From an uncultured Actinomycetes bacterium (GTDB lineage: Bacteria; Actinomycetota; Thermoleophilia; UBA2241), in NCBI GenBank assembly GCA_963799395.1, contig CAWCWZ010000060.1:3321-67320 (forward strand): a stretch of DNA of 64,000 nt, in the 5' to 3' direction. The notes beneath the pieces were generated by a model. That model was not told the DNA's origin. It did not search any database and was given only the letters and a program-made list of their open reading frames with translations. Numbering within the stretch: position 1 is the stretch's first letter; the number at the start of each line of letters is the position of its first letter. The position numbers and the translations under genes were made by a program. Positions 29,800 to 42,313 of this stretch are shown one piece after another.

Positions 29800-31642
29800 C
29801 TAGAGCCGCACGTCGACGCCGAGCTCGGTGAGCTTCGCCTCGGTGGGCACACCGTTCGCGTCCCAGCCGCGCAGCTCGTAGTACTGCGCCGCAGGGACTC
29901 GCCGCAGGTGCGCTTCGCCGATGACCTTGCCGGCGGACGGGCCCTGGTGTGGGCGAACTTCTCGCTGCAGGCTTCTTGGGCACGCGGTCGTCGGCTTCGA
30001 CGCCCTCGCGCAGGTTGAACAGGCGCCCGAGGTTCCAGACTCGCTCGCCCATGAGCATGACCTCGTCTTCGGGACAGCTCGCGCTCCAGAGGTGCGTCAT
30101 GCAGCTGCGAGATCTGCTCGTGGTCGACCGCCCAGAAGTCGCACCAGATGCCGCAGAACTTGATCGAGCTGAAGTTCTGGCTGAGAAGTCGAGCGGCCGG
30201 TTGCCGATGGCGCCCTCGACCTTGCCCTCCATGGTGGCCGCCGGCATGGCGCCCTCGACGATCTCGTCGCCCACCGGGTACGTGCGCATGTGGCAGCCGC
30301 CGCGGTCGGAGGTGGCGTAGCGATGCTCATGCCGAACGAGCCGCGCGGGTCGTAGCCGGGCAGTCTCGAGGTTCTTGACCTGCATGGCGAGCTCGGGCGC
30401 GTCCGTACTTCTCGGCGAGAGCTGCGCACGCCCAGCGCGAGCTCGGCGCCGACGCCCTGCGCTTGCGGCGAGCTGCCCGGGCGACCTTGAGTACGCGTCG
30501 GCCTCGCCGAAGCGCACGCCGAAGTCGTGGATGCCCTTCTCGGTCATGTCCATGGCAAGCCCGATCACGGCGCCCGAGGAGATCGTGTCGAGGCCCCACT
30601 CGTCGCACTCCTCGTTGAACTTCATGAGAGCGTCGATGTCGTCGATGCCGCAGTTCGCGCCGCACAGGGCGATGGTCTCGTACTCGGGACCCTCGCCCAT
30701 GACCTTCTCGTCGTGCCAGGTGACAGCGTGCACGTTGCGGCAGGCGATGGCGCACTGGTAGCAGGCGCGCTTCTTGATGCGGATCTTCTGGAACGACTCC
30801 GAGTTCAGGTTCTTGGCGCCCTCGAAGTAGCCCTCGGACCAGTTCCTGGTGGGCATGGCGCCGGCGCCGTTGACCAGGTCGACGAGAATCGGCGTGCCCT
30901 CTTCGTGGGCCCAGAGGTTGTCGTCGGTCAGGACGAACTCGCTGTGCGATGCGCGCCATGTCGGCGAGAAAGGCCTTGGCGTCGCCGACCGTCACGCTGC
31001 CGGTGCCGCGGACGGCGATGGCCTTGAGGTTCTTGGAGCCCATCAGGGCGCCGTGACCGCCACGACCGGCCTTGTGGTACTGATCGGTCGACAGGCAGGC
31101 CCAGGGGATGAGCGTCTCGCCGGCCGGGCCGATCGACAGGGTCTTGGCCTCGGGGTCGAAGTCGTCGCGCAGGGCCTGCTCGATCTCAGAGGTCTTCATG
31201 CCCCAGTACCTGGGCCTGGCGGGCACGACTCGACGACGTCGTCGCGGATGGTGACGACCGTCGGTTCGGCGGCCTTGCCGAGGACGATGATCGCATCGTA
31301 GCCGGCGAACTTCATCTCGGGAGCGAACGAGCCGCCCACGTAGCTGTCGTTCAGGATGCCGGTGGTCGGACTCTTGGCGCCGACGACCAGTCGCGACGTG
31401 GTCGACACGTTGGTGCCGGCGAACGGTCCGGTCATGAGGAACAGCGGGTTCTCGGGCGCCCAGGGGTCGACCAGGGGCGGCACGTACTCCCACATGTAGC
31501 GAAACAGGAGCCCCTTGCCGCCCACGTACAGTGCGGCCCACTCCATGTTGAGAGGCTCGACCTTCGTGGTCTTCGCGCTCATGTCGATCGTGAGCACGTT
31601 GCCCTTGTAGAAGTCCACGTGGCCCTCCCTCTGGGTTGTCAC
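29800..31642 (-). pseudogene. Tungsten-type aldehyde:ferredoxin oxidoreductase (AOR family), at least 6 frameshifts
   Basis: AOR-homologous segments occur in alternating frames. These are the N-terminus (track ORF 31196-31642), the GRGGHGALMGSKNLKAIAV block (ORF 30327-31892), and the middle and C-terminal parts (ORF 29627-30856: PTRNWSEGYFEGA, ACYQCAIAC, GPEYETIALCGANCGIDD, YATSDRGGCHMR, GERVWNLGRLFNLREG). The last 45 aa (YYELRGWDANGVPTEAKLTELGVDVRL) and a TAG stop are in a third frame. Junk segments lie between the homologous blocks. Confidence 0.75.
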
Positions 31643-31837
31643 GGCTCCGCTCTTCCAGGGAGCGATGTGCCAAGGACGGCACGACCGCAGCCCGAAACGA
31701 GTCGGTTAGTGCACCCATTCTAGACAAGCGGAGCGCCGCGGGCAATCGTCCGGGGGGCCACAAAACCCCAGCTCCTATTCGAGAAACCGTTGCCCGCGCG
31801 CGAGGATAACGGGGTAGGTCGGCGGAGGGTCTGTCGG

Positions 31838-32134
31838 TCAGTCGTGGTCGGGCGCCTCGGGCAGGTTGCGGATGTTCTCGCCGGCCTGCCACTTGCCGAA
31901 GTTGTCGTTCATCGCCTCGATCAGCTCCTTCATGAAGCGCGCCGACATGTTGATGCGCGACACGACCACACCGTTGACCTCTTCGTCGGTCTCGTTCTCG
32001 TGGTCGAGCCGCATGAAGGTCAGCGAGAACTCGTAATCGGAGTGGCTGACGTTGGCGAAGTTGGCATAGACGCCGGCCATCATCTCGGGTGTGGCGTGGA
32101 TGTTGAAGCGGCGGTCCTCGGGATTCGTGGGCAC
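31838..32134 (-). CDS. DUF3467 family small protein
   Basis: 98 aa, non-biased composition with GVYANFANVSHSDYEFSLTFMRL, typical of DUF3467. It is the only clean small ORF between the AOR and leuB genes. Confidence 0.6.
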   Translation of the reverse strand: MPTNPEDRRFNIHATPEMMAGVYANFANVSHSDYEFSLTFMRLDHENETDEEVNGVVVSRINMSARFMKELIEAMNDNFGKWQAGENIRNLPEAPDHD

Positions 32135-32170
32135 GGGAGCCTCCTTGGCGTGGTGAGGTGAGCTTGTCGG

Positions 32171-33169
32171 CTAAAGCCGGGCGGCGACGGCCCGGGCGAA
32201 CTCCTGCGTGCCGGCCGCGCCGCCCAGGTCGGGCGTCAGCTGCCGACCCTCGGCGATGACGGCGGCCACGGCGTCGTGGAGGCGCGCGGCGGCGACGGTC
32301 TCGCCCAGGTGCTCGAGCATGAGCACGCCCGACAGCAGAAAGGCCGTGGGGTTCACGATGTCGCGCCCGGCGATGTCGGGGCCGCTGCCGTGCACGGCCT
32401 CGAACACGGCGGCGTCGGCGCCCACGTTGGCCCCCGGCGCGACCCCGGGGCCGCCGATCAGTCCGGCGCAGAGGTCGCTGACGATGTCGCCGTAGAGATT
32501 GGGGCAGACGAGCACGTCGAAGCGCTCGGGCGCCATCACGAGCTGCTGGCAGAGGTTGTCGACGATACGGTCGTCGAACTCGACGTCGGGGTAGGCCGCG
32601 GCCACCTCCCGGGCGACGCGCAGGAACAGGCCGTCGGTGAGCTTCATGATGTTGGCCTTGTGCACGGCCGTGACCCTGTGGCGGCCGTGAGCCCGGGCGT
32701 ACTCGAAGGCGTAGCGCACGATGCGCTCGCTGCCGCGCCGCGTGATGACCTTGACGGACTCGGCGACGTCGGGAGTGAGCTGGTGCTCGATGCCGGTGTA
32801 CAGGTCTTCGGTGTTCTCGCGCACGACCACGAGGTCGATGCCCGTGAAGCGACTGGGCACGCCGACGAGCGACTTCGCCGGTCGCAGGCAGGCGTAGAGG
32901 TCGAGAGCCACGCGCAGCGCCACGTTGACCGAACGAAAGCCCGATCCCACCGGAGTCGTGACCGGCCCCTTCATGGCGACCTTCGTGGCCCTGACCGACT
33001 CGACGACCTCGTCGGGCAGCGGTGTGCCGCGGCGCTCCAGCACCGCGGCGCCGGCGTCGTGGCGCTCCCAGACGATGGCCACGCCGCTGGCGGCGATCAC
33101 GGTCTCGAGGGCGGCGGCCAGCTCGGGGCCGGTGCCGTCGCCGGGAATGAGCGTCACATGATAGGCCAT
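32171..33169 (-). CDS. leuB: 3-isopropylmalate dehydrogenase / homoisocitrate dehydrogenase family
   Basis: ATG at 33169 ([16 protein letters not shown]). IDH/IMDH fold motifs. The N-terminal 58 aa of the track ORF are read-through. Confidence 0.8.
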   Translation of the reverse strand: MAYHVTLIPGDGTGPELAAALETVIAASGVAIVWERHDAGAAVLERRGTPLPDEVVESVRATKVAMKGPVTTPVGSGFRSVNVALRVALDLYACLRPAKSLVGVPSRFTGIDLVVVRENTEDLYTGIEHQLTPDVAESVKVITRRGSERIVRYAFEYARAHGRHRVTAVHKANIMKLTDGLFLRVAREVAAAYPDVEFDDRIVDNLCQQLVMAPERFDVLVCPNLYGDIVSDLCAGLIGGPGVAPGANVGADAAVFEAVHGSGPDIAGRDIVNPTAFLLSGVLMLEHLGETVAAARLHDAVAAVIAEGRQLTPDLGGAAGTQEFARAVAARL

Positions 33170-33174
33170 CGACT

Positions 33175-33705
33175 TCAGCCCTCGGGCAGGTGGAACTCGC
33201 CGTACTTGCGGAAGTGCTCGACGAGGCCGCCGTCGGAGAGGATCTTGAGCATGACCGGCGGCAGCGGCGCGAACGGCACGACGGCGCCCTTGGTCAGGTC
33301 GCGGACCTCGCCGGCGGCGAGATCGACCTCGAGGTCGTCCCACTGCTCGATCGCGCTCGTGTCGCAGACGAGCACCGGCAGCCCGACGTTGATCGCGTTG
33401 CGAAAGAAGATGCGGGCGAACGACTGGGCGAGCACCGCCCCGACGCCAGCGATGCGGATGATGCGCGGTGCGTGCTCGCGGCTCGAGCCGAGGCCGAAGT
33501 TGCGTCCCCCGACCACGAAGTCGCCCGGCTTGAGGCGCTTGGCGAACTCGGGGTTTTCGTCTTCGAGGACGTGCTTGGCCAGCTCGGGCAGGTCGGTGCG
33601 CAGGTGGAACAGCCGGCCCGGGGCGATCTGGTCGGTCGAGATGTCGTTCCCGAACGTCCAGGCGCGCCCACGCAGGACGTCGCTCGCACCGCCGGCCGCG
33701 GGCAT
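33175..33705 (-). CDS. leuD: 3-isopropylmalate dehydratase small subunit (archaeal/LeuD type)
   Basis: 176 aa aconitase swivel-domain protein ([12 protein letters not shown] motif). Confidence 0.8.
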   Translation of the reverse strand: MPAAGGASDVLRGRAWTFGNDISTDQIAPGRLFHLRTDLPELAKHVLEDENPEFAKRLKPGDFVVGGRNFGLGSSREHAPRIIRIAGVGAVLAQSFARIFFRNAINVGLPVLVCDTSAIEQWDDLEVDLAAGEVRDLTKGAVVPFAPLPPVMLKILSDGGLVEHFRKYGEFHLPEG

Positions 33706-33708
33706 CGC

Positions 33709-34224
33709 TCAGACGTCGCTTTCGGTGATGGTCACGCTGGTCATGGCGAGGCCCGGCTCGTGGGCGCTCATGGGGTCGCGCTCGGGGATGGAGTAGACGA
33801 CGTCCATGCCCGAGGTGACGCGACCGAAGACCGCGTGCTTGCCGTCGAGATGCGGCGTGGCCTTGTGGGTGATGAAGAACTGCGAGCCGTTGGTGTTGGG
33901 GCCGGCGTTGGCCATGGAGAGCACGCCGGGGCCGTCGTGGCGCAGGCTCGGGTCGAACTCGTCGGCGAACCTGTAGCCGGGGCCACCGCGACCGGTGCCG
34001 GTCGGATCGCCGGTCTGGGCCATGAAGTTACCGATGACGCGGTGGAACGTGACGCCGTCGTAGTAGCCGTCGCGCGCCAGGAAGACGAAGTTGTTGACGG
34101 TGACGGGGACCTTGTCGGCGTAGAGCTCGGCGACGATGTCGCCGCGCTCGGTCGAGATGGTGGCGGTGTAGCGCCTGGCCGGGTCGATGACCATCGGCGG
34201 CGGCGCGTCGTACTGCTTAGCCAT
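33709..34224 (-). CDS. Cyclophilin-type peptidyl-prolyl cis-trans isomerase
   Basis: From [10 protein letters not shown] onward. Cyclophilin motifs ([22 protein letters not shown]). It is inserted between leuC and leuD. Confidence 0.8.
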   Translation of the reverse strand: MAKQYDAPPPMVIDPARRYTATISTERGDIVAELYADKVPVTVNNFVFLARDGYYDGVTFHRVIGNFMAQTGDPTGTGRGGPGYRFADEFDPSLRHDGPGVLSMANAGPNTNGSQFFITHKATPHLDGKHAVFGRVTSGMDVVYSIPERDPMSAHEPGLAMTSVTITESDV

Positions 34225-35515
34225 GCTGCTCTCCTTTGTCTGAAAGCTCGCCCGAGCCGAGCAGCTCGCGCGGATCAACGATCTCGCCGGCGACGGCCGC
34301 CGCGGCGGCCGTGAGCGGCGAAGCGAGGTAGATGGCGCCCTGGGGATTGCCCATGCGTCCCTTGAAGTTGCGGTTGGCCGTGCTCACGCAGACCTCGCCG
34401 TCGGCGAGGATGCCTTCGTGGACCCCGACGCAGGCGCCGCAGCCGGGGTTGGTGACGACGGCGCCGGCGTCGGCGAACGCCTGCAGCAGGCCTTCGTCGG
34501 CGGCCGCCCGCCAGACGGCCCGCGAGGCCGGTGTGACGATCAGGCGGGTGCGGGCCGCGCGCTGGTGGCCGCGCAGGAGCCGGGCCGCCGCGCGCAGGTC
34601 CTCGAGGCGCCCGTTCGTGCAGGTGCCGATGAGGACCTGGTCGACTCTGGTGCCGGCGACCTCGGCGGCCGGGTGCACGTTGTCGACCGTGTGCGGCGCC
34701 GCGACGACCGGCACGAGCTCGTCGGCGATGTACGACAGCGAGCGCTCGTAGGCGGCGCCCGGGTCGGGCGCCACCGGGCGATAGTGGGCCTCGCGGTCGT
34801 GGGCGGAGAGGAACGCCCGTGTTACCTCGTCGGCGGCCACGAGGCCGGTCTTGGCGCCCGCTTCGACGGCCATGTTGGTCAGGGTGAGCCGTTCGTGCAT
34901 GGGCAGCGCCTCGATGGCCGGGCCGCCGAACTCGAGCGCCTTGTAGGTGGCGCCGTCGGCGCCCAGGCGGCCGATGATCGTGAGGATGAGGTCTTTGGCG
35001 GTGACGCCGTCGGCGAAGCGCCCACCGACCTCAATACGGAAGGTCTCGGGCACGCGCAGCCAGGTCTGCCCGGTCGCCATGCCGATGGCGACGTCGGTGG
35101 AGCCCATGCCCGTGGCAAAGGCGCCCAGGGCGCCGGCCGTGCAGGTGTGCGAGTCGGCGCCGATCACGATGTCACCCGGCTTGGCGTAGGTTTCGGCGAC
35201 GCGCTGGTGACAGACACCCATCTCGACGTCGGAGAGCGTCGCTCCCGTCTCGGCGCAGAAACGGCGCACGAGCTGGTGGGCGTTGGAGAGCTCGACCCGC
35301 GGCGACGGCGCCGCATGGTCGATGAAGAAGACGGCGGTCGGCACGCTCACGCGCACCCGTCCGAGGTCGCGCAGCTGCTGGATGGCGAGCGGCCCGGTGC
35401 CGTCCTGGGCGATGGCCAGATCGACGAGGCAGACGACGATCTGGCCGGGGACGACCGCTTCGAGGCCGGCGTGCGCGGCGATGACCTTCTCGGCGATGGT
35501 GGCGGGCGCGGTCAC
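34217..35515 (-). CDS. leuC: 3-isopropylmalate dehydratase / homoaconitase large subunit (LeuC type, about 430 aa)
   Basis: Aconitase family catalytic domain with Fe-S cluster Cys ligands (GTCTNG, NPGCGAC). Confidence 0.8.
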   Translation of the reverse strand: MTAPATIAEKVIAAHAGLEAVVPGQIVVCLVDLAIAQDGTGPLAIQQLRDLGRVRVSVPTAVFFIDHAAPSPRVELSNAHQLVRRFCAETGATLSDVEMGVCHQRVAETYAKPGDIVIGADSHTCTAGALGAFATGMGSTDVAIGMATGQTWLRVPETFRIEVGGRFADGVTAKDLILTIIGRLGADGATYKALEFGGPAIEALPMHERLTLTNMAVEAGAKTGLVAADEVTRAFLSAHDREAHYRPVAPDPGAAYERSLSYIADELVPVVAAPHTVDNVHPAAEVAGTRVDQVLIGTCTNGRLEDLRAAARLLRGHQRAARTRLIVTPASRAVWRAAADEGLLQAFADAGAVVTNPGCGACVGVHEGILADGEVCVSTANRNFKGRMGNPQGAIYLASPLTAAAAAVAGEIVDPRELLGSGELSDKGEQHG

Positions 35516-35534
35516 GCGGGGCCGCCGGGCGCGA

Positions 35535-36773
35535 TCATGCCGGGCCGCCGGGCGCGGCCGCGCCGGCGCTCGGCAGGGGCAGCTCGTCGCCGAGCCGCGC
35601 GATGTAGTCCTGGTAGATGTACATGATCTCCTTGGAGAACAGCGCCCGCTTGAGCTCGACCGCCGTCTGGCGCACCATCTTCAGGAGCTCGTCGGCGTCG
35701 TGGTCGGAGAGCTCGATGCCGAACTCCTGGAACTTGCGCAAGATGGTGCGCGACCCCGAGTGCTTGCCGACCACGATCTGCCGTTCGAGACCGACGTCTT
35801 CGGGCGCGTAGGCTTCGTAGTTGAGCGGGTTCTTGATGACGCCGTCGGCGTGGATGCCCGACTCGTGGGCGAAGACGTTGGTGCCGACGATGCTCTTCCA
35901 GGCGGGGATGGTGCGCGCCGAGGCGGCGGCAACGTACTCGCAGAGCTCGCGAAAGCGCGAGGTGTGCAGGCCGAGGTCGACCTGGCCGATGAACTTGAGC
36001 GCCATGACGACCTCTTCGAGGGCCGCGTTGCCGGCCCGCTCGCCGAGACCGTTCACGGTGGTGTTGACGTAGGTCGCCCCCGCCTTGATGCCGGCGAGGG
36101 CGTTGGCCGTGGCCATGCCGAAGTCGTCGTGGGTGTGCATCTCGATCTCGAGACCCTGACGCGTGAGAAAGCTGATCACGTTGTAGGTGTCGAACGGGTC
36201 GAGGATACCGAGCGTGTCGCAGAAACGCAGGCGGTCGGCGCCCTCCTCCTTGGCCGCCCGGGCGAAGCGCAGCAGGAACTCGAGGTCGGCCCGCGAGGCG
36301 TCTTCGGCGTTGACCGACACGTACACGTCGTGCTCCTTGGCGAAGGCCACGCAGGCGCGGATCTGGTCGAGCACCCACTGGCGCGACTTCTGCAGCTTGT
36401 GCTCGATGTGGATGTCGCTCGCCGACATGGAGATGGCGACGGCGTCGACGCCGCAGTCGAGGGAGTGCTGGATGTCGGCGACGACCGCCCGGTTCCAGGC
36501 GAGGATCGAGGGCTTGAGGCCGAGCTCGACGATCTGCGTGATGACCTGCTTCTCGTCGCCGAGCATGGCCGGGATGCCGACCTCGATCTGGTGCACGCCG
36601 ACCTCGTTCAACAGCTTGGCGATGCGGATCTTCTCGTGGTTCGAGAAGACGACGCCGGCGGTCTGCTCGCCGTCGCGCAGGGTGGTGTCGTCGATGCGCA
36701 CTGGGGGACCTTCGGCGGGCGCCTCTTCGACGATGACGAAGCTCGAGAGATCACCTGGTTTGAAGTCAGTCAT
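35535..36773 (-). CDS. 2-isopropylmalate / citramalate / homocitrate synthase family (short form lacking the LeuA regulatory domain)
   Basis: HMGL-like TIM barrel (DTTLRDGEQ, HTHDDFGMATANALAG). 412 aa. First gene of a leuCDB-type operon. Confidence 0.8.
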   Translation of the reverse strand: MTDFKPGDLSSFVIVEEAPAEGPPVRIDDTTLRDGEQTAGVVFSNHEKIRIAKLLNEVGVHQIEVGIPAMLGDEKQVITQIVELGLKPSILAWNRAVVADIQHSLDCGVDAVAISMSASDIHIEHKLQKSRQWVLDQIRACVAFAKEHDVYVSVNAEDASRADLEFLLRFARAAKEEGADRLRFCDTLGILDPFDTYNVISFLTRQGLEIEMHTHDDFGMATANALAGIKAGATYVNTTVNGLGERAGNAALEEVVMALKFIGQVDLGLHTSRFRELCEYVAAASARTIPAWKSIVGTNVFAHESGIHADGVIKNPLNYEAYAPEDVGLERQIVVGKHSGSRTILRKFQEFGIELSDHDADELLKMVRQTAVELKRALFSKEIMYIYQDYIARLGDELPLPSAGAAAPGGPA

Positions 36774-36941
36774 GCTCGTACCCCCGAATCACCGTCCGAC
36801 GGTCTCCGGCGCCCTCACCGGGACCGCACCAATATGCAGGCGGTGGGAATGAGACAAGCCGCGCCATGCACGCGCGAGCCGTGCATGTGGGCAAGAGTCT
36901 GCATCATTGTTCCACAGGGCGGTCACCTCTGGCAATCACCG

Positions 36942-38392
36942 TCAACCGGACAGCGCCGCCTTCACGAGCTCGCCCACGAGCTGGGGGTTCGCCTTGCCCT
37001 GCGTGGCCTTCATCACCTGGCCGACGAAGAAGCCGGCGAGCTGTTGCTTGCCGGCCCGGTACTGTTCGACCTGGGCCGGGTGCGCGGCCAGCACCGCGGC
37101 GACGACCGCTTCGAGCTCGGCCGAGTCGGAGACCTGGCCGAGGTCGTGCCGGCGGACGATGTCGAGCGGCTCGCCACGCTCCTCGACCATGAGAGCGAAC
37201 ACCTGCTTGGCTCCCGTACCCGACAGCTCGCCGTCGGCGACGAGGCGCAGCAACGCGGCCAGGCGGGCCGCCGTCACGTGTCCGTGGCCGGGTTCGAGAC
37301 CGGCGCCGTTCAGGTGAGCCGAGTACTCGCCCATCGCCCAGTTGGCCGCCAGCTTGGCGCCGATGCCCTCGGCGACGAGCTGCTCGTAGAAGCCCGCCAT
37401 GGCCGACCCGCCGCCGAGCACGGTGGCGTCGTAACGCGACAGCCCGTACTGGGCCATGAAGCGCGCGACGCGGGCCGCCGGCAGCTCGGGCAGCGCCCGC
37501 CGCACCCCGTCGACCCAGGCCACGGTCGTCGTCAACGGCACGAGGTCGGGCTCGCGGAAGTAGCGGTAGTCGTGCGCCTCCTCTTTGGAGCGCAGCGGCG
37601 TCGTGGCGCCGCTCTCGGGGTCGAAGTGCAGCGTCTCCTGGTCGATCGTACCGCCCGCCTCGAGCACGGCGATCTGGCGCGGCAGCTCGGATTCGAGCGC
37701 CTGCTGCAGGAACCGGAAGCTGTTCATGTTCTTGAGCTCGGTGCGGGTGCCGAGACGGTCGCTGCCGGCGGGCCGGACGCTGATGTTGGCGTCCCAGCGG
37801 ATCTGGCCCTCCTCCATGTTGCAGGCGCTCACGCCCAGGCCGATCACCAGGTTGCGCAGTTGCTGAAGGAACTCGCGGGCCGCCTCGGGCGACAGGATGT
37901 CGGGCTCGCCGACGATCTCGATCAGCGGCGTGCCGCCGCGGTTGAAGTCGACCATCGAGTACTCGGAGCCGGCGATCCGCCCGGCCTCGCCGCCGGCGTG
38001 GACCAGCTTGGCCGCGTCCTCTTCCATGTGCACCCGGTTGATGCGGCAGGAGAGCTTCTCGTCGCCCACCCAGTACTCGAACGAGCCGGCCACGGCCAGC
38101 GGCTCGTCGTACTGGCTGATCTGGTAGGCCTTGGGCAGGTCGGGATAGAAGTAGTTCTTGCGGTGGAAGATGCTGCGCGGCCGCACCGTGCAGCCCAGGG
38201 CCAGGGCGATGCGCGCGGCGTACTCGACGGCGCGCTCGTTCACTACCGGTAGCGCCCCCGGGTGGGCGAGACAGACCGGGCAGGTGTGGGTGTTGGCCGG
38301 ATCGCCTTTGCTCACCGCGCAGCCGCAGAACATCTTGGTCTCGGTGTCGAGCTCGACGTGGACCTCGAGGCCGATGACGGGTTCCCAGGCGC

Positions 38393-38396
<4 letters not shown>
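36942..38396 (-). CDS. gatB: Asp/Glu-tRNA(Asn/Gln) amidotransferase subunit B
   Basis: MSAWEPVIGLEVHVEL...MFCGC, full-length 484 aa. Confidence 0.9.
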
Positions 38397-39918
<1,522 letters not shown>

Positions 39919-39922
<4 letters not shown>

Positions 39923-40203
39923 GCCTGCATCCGGGGCACGCGGAAGCAGTCGTCGCTCACCGCCGGCGCGTTGCGCAGCGCCTCGTCGCGCGGCAGGCTC
40001 GGCCGCGGCTTGTCGGGGCGCAGCACGTCGACGACCGAGAGCACGTGGGCGGTGGGCTCGACGGCAGCGAGGTCGAGCTCGCCGATCTTGTCGATGTGCT
40101 CGAGGATCCTGGCGAGCTCGGCGGTCATGCGGTCGGCCTCGGCGACCTCGAGGCGCAGCCGGGCCAGGCGGGCGACGTGACTGACATCGTCTCGTGAGAT
40201 CAT
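39919..40203 (-). CDS. gatC: Glutamyl-tRNA(Gln) amidotransferase subunit C
   Basis: 94 aa, MISRDDVSHVARLARLRL, typical of GatC. Confidence 0.8.
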
Positions 40204-40330
40204 CAGCGAGTCCTCCTACACACGCCCCGCTCGAGCGGGCCTGCAATCGTACCACAGCAACAAGAACGGCCCCACCGGCACGAAGCCGGCGGGGCCGCGG
40301 AGCGGCGTGGATCTGCGTGCGGTCGGACGG

Positions 40331-40534
40331 TCAGCCGACGGGCACGACCCTGGAGGCCTGCAGGCCCTTGTCGCTCTGGGCGATCTCAAACTCGACGGCC
40401 TGGCCCTGATTCAGGGTCTTGTAGCCGTCGACCTGGATCTCCGAGAAGTGGACGAACAGGTCTTCACCCTCTTCGCGCTCGATGAAGCCGTACCCCTTCT
40501 CATTGCTGAACCATTTCACTGTTCCTCGGGCCAA
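40331..40534 (-). CDS. cspA: Cold-shock protein (CspA family)
   Basis: [18 protein letters not shown]1 motif and VHFSEI RNP2 motif. Probable TTG start with AGGAGGG 6 nt upstream. 67 aa. Confidence 0.8.
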   Translation of the reverse strand: MARGTVKWFSNEKGYGFIEREEGEDLFVHFSEIQVDGYKTLNQGQAVEFEIAQSDKGLQASRVVPVG

Positions 40535-40893
40535 CGTGTTCCCTCCTGCTACCTGCCGCGGTATGCCGTGCGGCACCCCCCGGGGTCGCCGATAGCCGAC
40601 GACCATTCCACAACGCCGAAAAACTTACACCACGACGACCGGCGCTGCAACGCAGTAGTAGGGCTGAGATGCGGTGCCCGACGGCCGGCACTTGGCAGGG
40701 ACCGCGCGCGTGGGTAAAGTAGAGTGAAAGGGAAGCCTCTCCTTTCGATCGCGGCAGGGTCGCGCCAGCAGGCCGTCAGAGCCCGACTCACCCCCGCGAA
40801 ACCAGAAACGGGAGATGACTCGTACCCTCGCTCTCAGGCCGCAGTGCTCCAAGGCCGGCACTGGTCGTAACACCGTGCGTTAGGAGAGAGAGG

Positions 40894-42285
40894 ATGGACG
40901 ATCAGCTGCGCGAGCGTGTCCTGCACGAATCGCGCAAGGCGCTCGAGCTTATGCAGAAGTGCGCGCTCAACCGCGACGAGCAGGACGCGGTCATCGCCGA
41001 CTGCGTCGAGAACTTCACGCGGTACGTCAACCCCGGCATCCTCGACTACCGCAAGTCGGTCTCGACCGACTATACGGCGGTCGAGTGGAGCGACGGCGGG
41101 GCGACCTTCAAGGACATCCGCGGCCGCGAGTTCATCGACTGCCTGGGCGGCTTCGGCATCTACATGCTGGGCCACCGCCACCCGACGGTCATGAAGGCCG
41201 TGCTGGGCCAGCTCCGCCACCAGGCGCTGCACTCGCAGGAGCTGCTCGACCCCATGCGCGGCTACCTCTGCGAGCTGGTCGCCATGGTCACCCCCGGCGA
41301 TCTGCAGTACTCGTTCCTCGTCAACTCCGGCACCGAGGCCACCGAAGGGGCGCTCAAGTTCGCCAAGGTCTACGCCTACGAGAAGAAGCCCGACCACATG
41401 CTGGGCGTGATCTCCACCACCCGGGCCTTCCACGGCAAGTCGATGGGCAGCCTCAGCGTGAGCGGCAAGCGCGAGTTCCGCGTGCCCTTCCAGCCGCTCA
41501 TGCCCGGCTCGCGCTTCGTACCCTACGGCGACGCCGACGCCCTCGAGCAGGAGCTCAAGGTGTGCGACATGATCGGCTTCGACATCGCCGCCTTCATCTG
41601 CGAGCCCGTGCAGGGCGAAGCCGGCGCCATCGTGCCGCCCGACGACTACCTGCCGCAGGTGCGCGAGATCTGCACCGAGTGGGATGTCGTCTTCATCGCC
41701 GACGAGGTGCAGACCGGCATGGGCCGCACCGGCAAGCTCTGGGGCGTCGACAACTGGGATGTCGCGCCCGACATCATGACCATGGGCAAGGCCTTCGGCG
41801 GCGCGGTGATCCCCTGCGGCAACATCGTCGTCAAGGAGCGCATCTTCAAGGCCATGTTCGCCAACCCCTATCTGCACACCACGACCTTCGGCGGCAACCC
41901 CCTGGCCACGGCGGCGGCGATCGGCGCCCTGCACGCCACCCTCGAGGAGGACATCCCCCGGCAGGCGGCCGAAAAGGGCGCCTATCTGAAAGCGGGAGTC
42001 GAGAGGCTCGCCGACGACTACCCCGACCTCTTCGACGAGGTGCGCGGCCTTGGTCTGTTGATCGGTATGGAGTTCAGGACCCCCGAGATAGGCTACGCCA
42101 TCTCGTCGGGCCTGTTCGGCAGCGGCGTGCTCGTCGGCGGCACCTTGAACAACGCCAAGACGCTGCGCCTCGAACCGCCGGCGGTGATCTCCTACGAGCA
42201 ACTCGACGAGGTCCTCTCGCGTCTCGAGCCCGTCCTCTCGGCGGTGCGCGATAAGCAGGCGAGCGGGGCGCTCGCCGCCCACTAG
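40894..42285 (+). CDS. patA: Class III aminotransferase, putrescine aminotransferase-like (PatA/YgjG)
   Basis: Collinear similarity to E. coli YgjG (FIDCLGGFGI...HSQELLDP...TFGGNPLA...TLNNAKTLR). 463 aa. TAG stop. Confidence 0.8.
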   Translation: MDDQLRERVLHESRKALELMQKCALNRDEQDAVIADCVENFTRYVNPGILDYRKSVSTDYTAVEWSDGGATFKDIRGREFIDCLGGFGIYMLGHRHPTVMKAVLGQLRHQALHSQELLDPMRGYLCELVAMVTPGDLQYSFLVNSGTEATEGALKFAKVYAYEKKPDHMLGVISTTRAFHGKSMGSLSVSGKREFRVPFQPLMPGSRFVPYGDADALEQELKVCDMIGFDIAAFICEPVQGEAGAIVPPDDYLPQVREICTEWDVVFIADEVQTGMGRTGKLWGVDNWDVAPDIMTMGKAFGGAVIPCGNIVVKERIFKAMFANPYLHTTTFGGNPLATAAAIGALHATLEEDIPRQAAEKGAYLKAGVERLADDYPDLFDEVRGLGLLIGMEFRTPEIGYAISSGLFGSGVLVGGTLNNAKTLRLEPPAVISYEQLDEVLSRLEPVLSAVRDKQASGALAAH

Positions 42286-42313
42286 GGAGCGCTCCCCGGA
42301 TCAGCGGAAAGTG

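Noticed and set aside
36774-36941. T-box or leader-peptide attenuator upstream of the leu-type operon, and similarly upstream of gltX at 10063-10184
   Set aside because: I could not see the conserved T-box motif (AGGGUGGNACCGCG) or a Leu-rich leader peptide. It is left unannotated.
35283-38252. 989-aa plus-strand ORF, and similar giant ORFs at 46498-48711 (+), 54338-57049 (+), 6043-7284 (+) and 1543-2420 (+)
   Set aside because: Their translations are Arg/Ala/Gly/Pro-rich low-complexity strings lying antisense to well-supported genes (synthase/gatB, NuoF-like, otsA, rlmB). These are typical stop-codon-poor artefacts of roughly 70% GC DNA.
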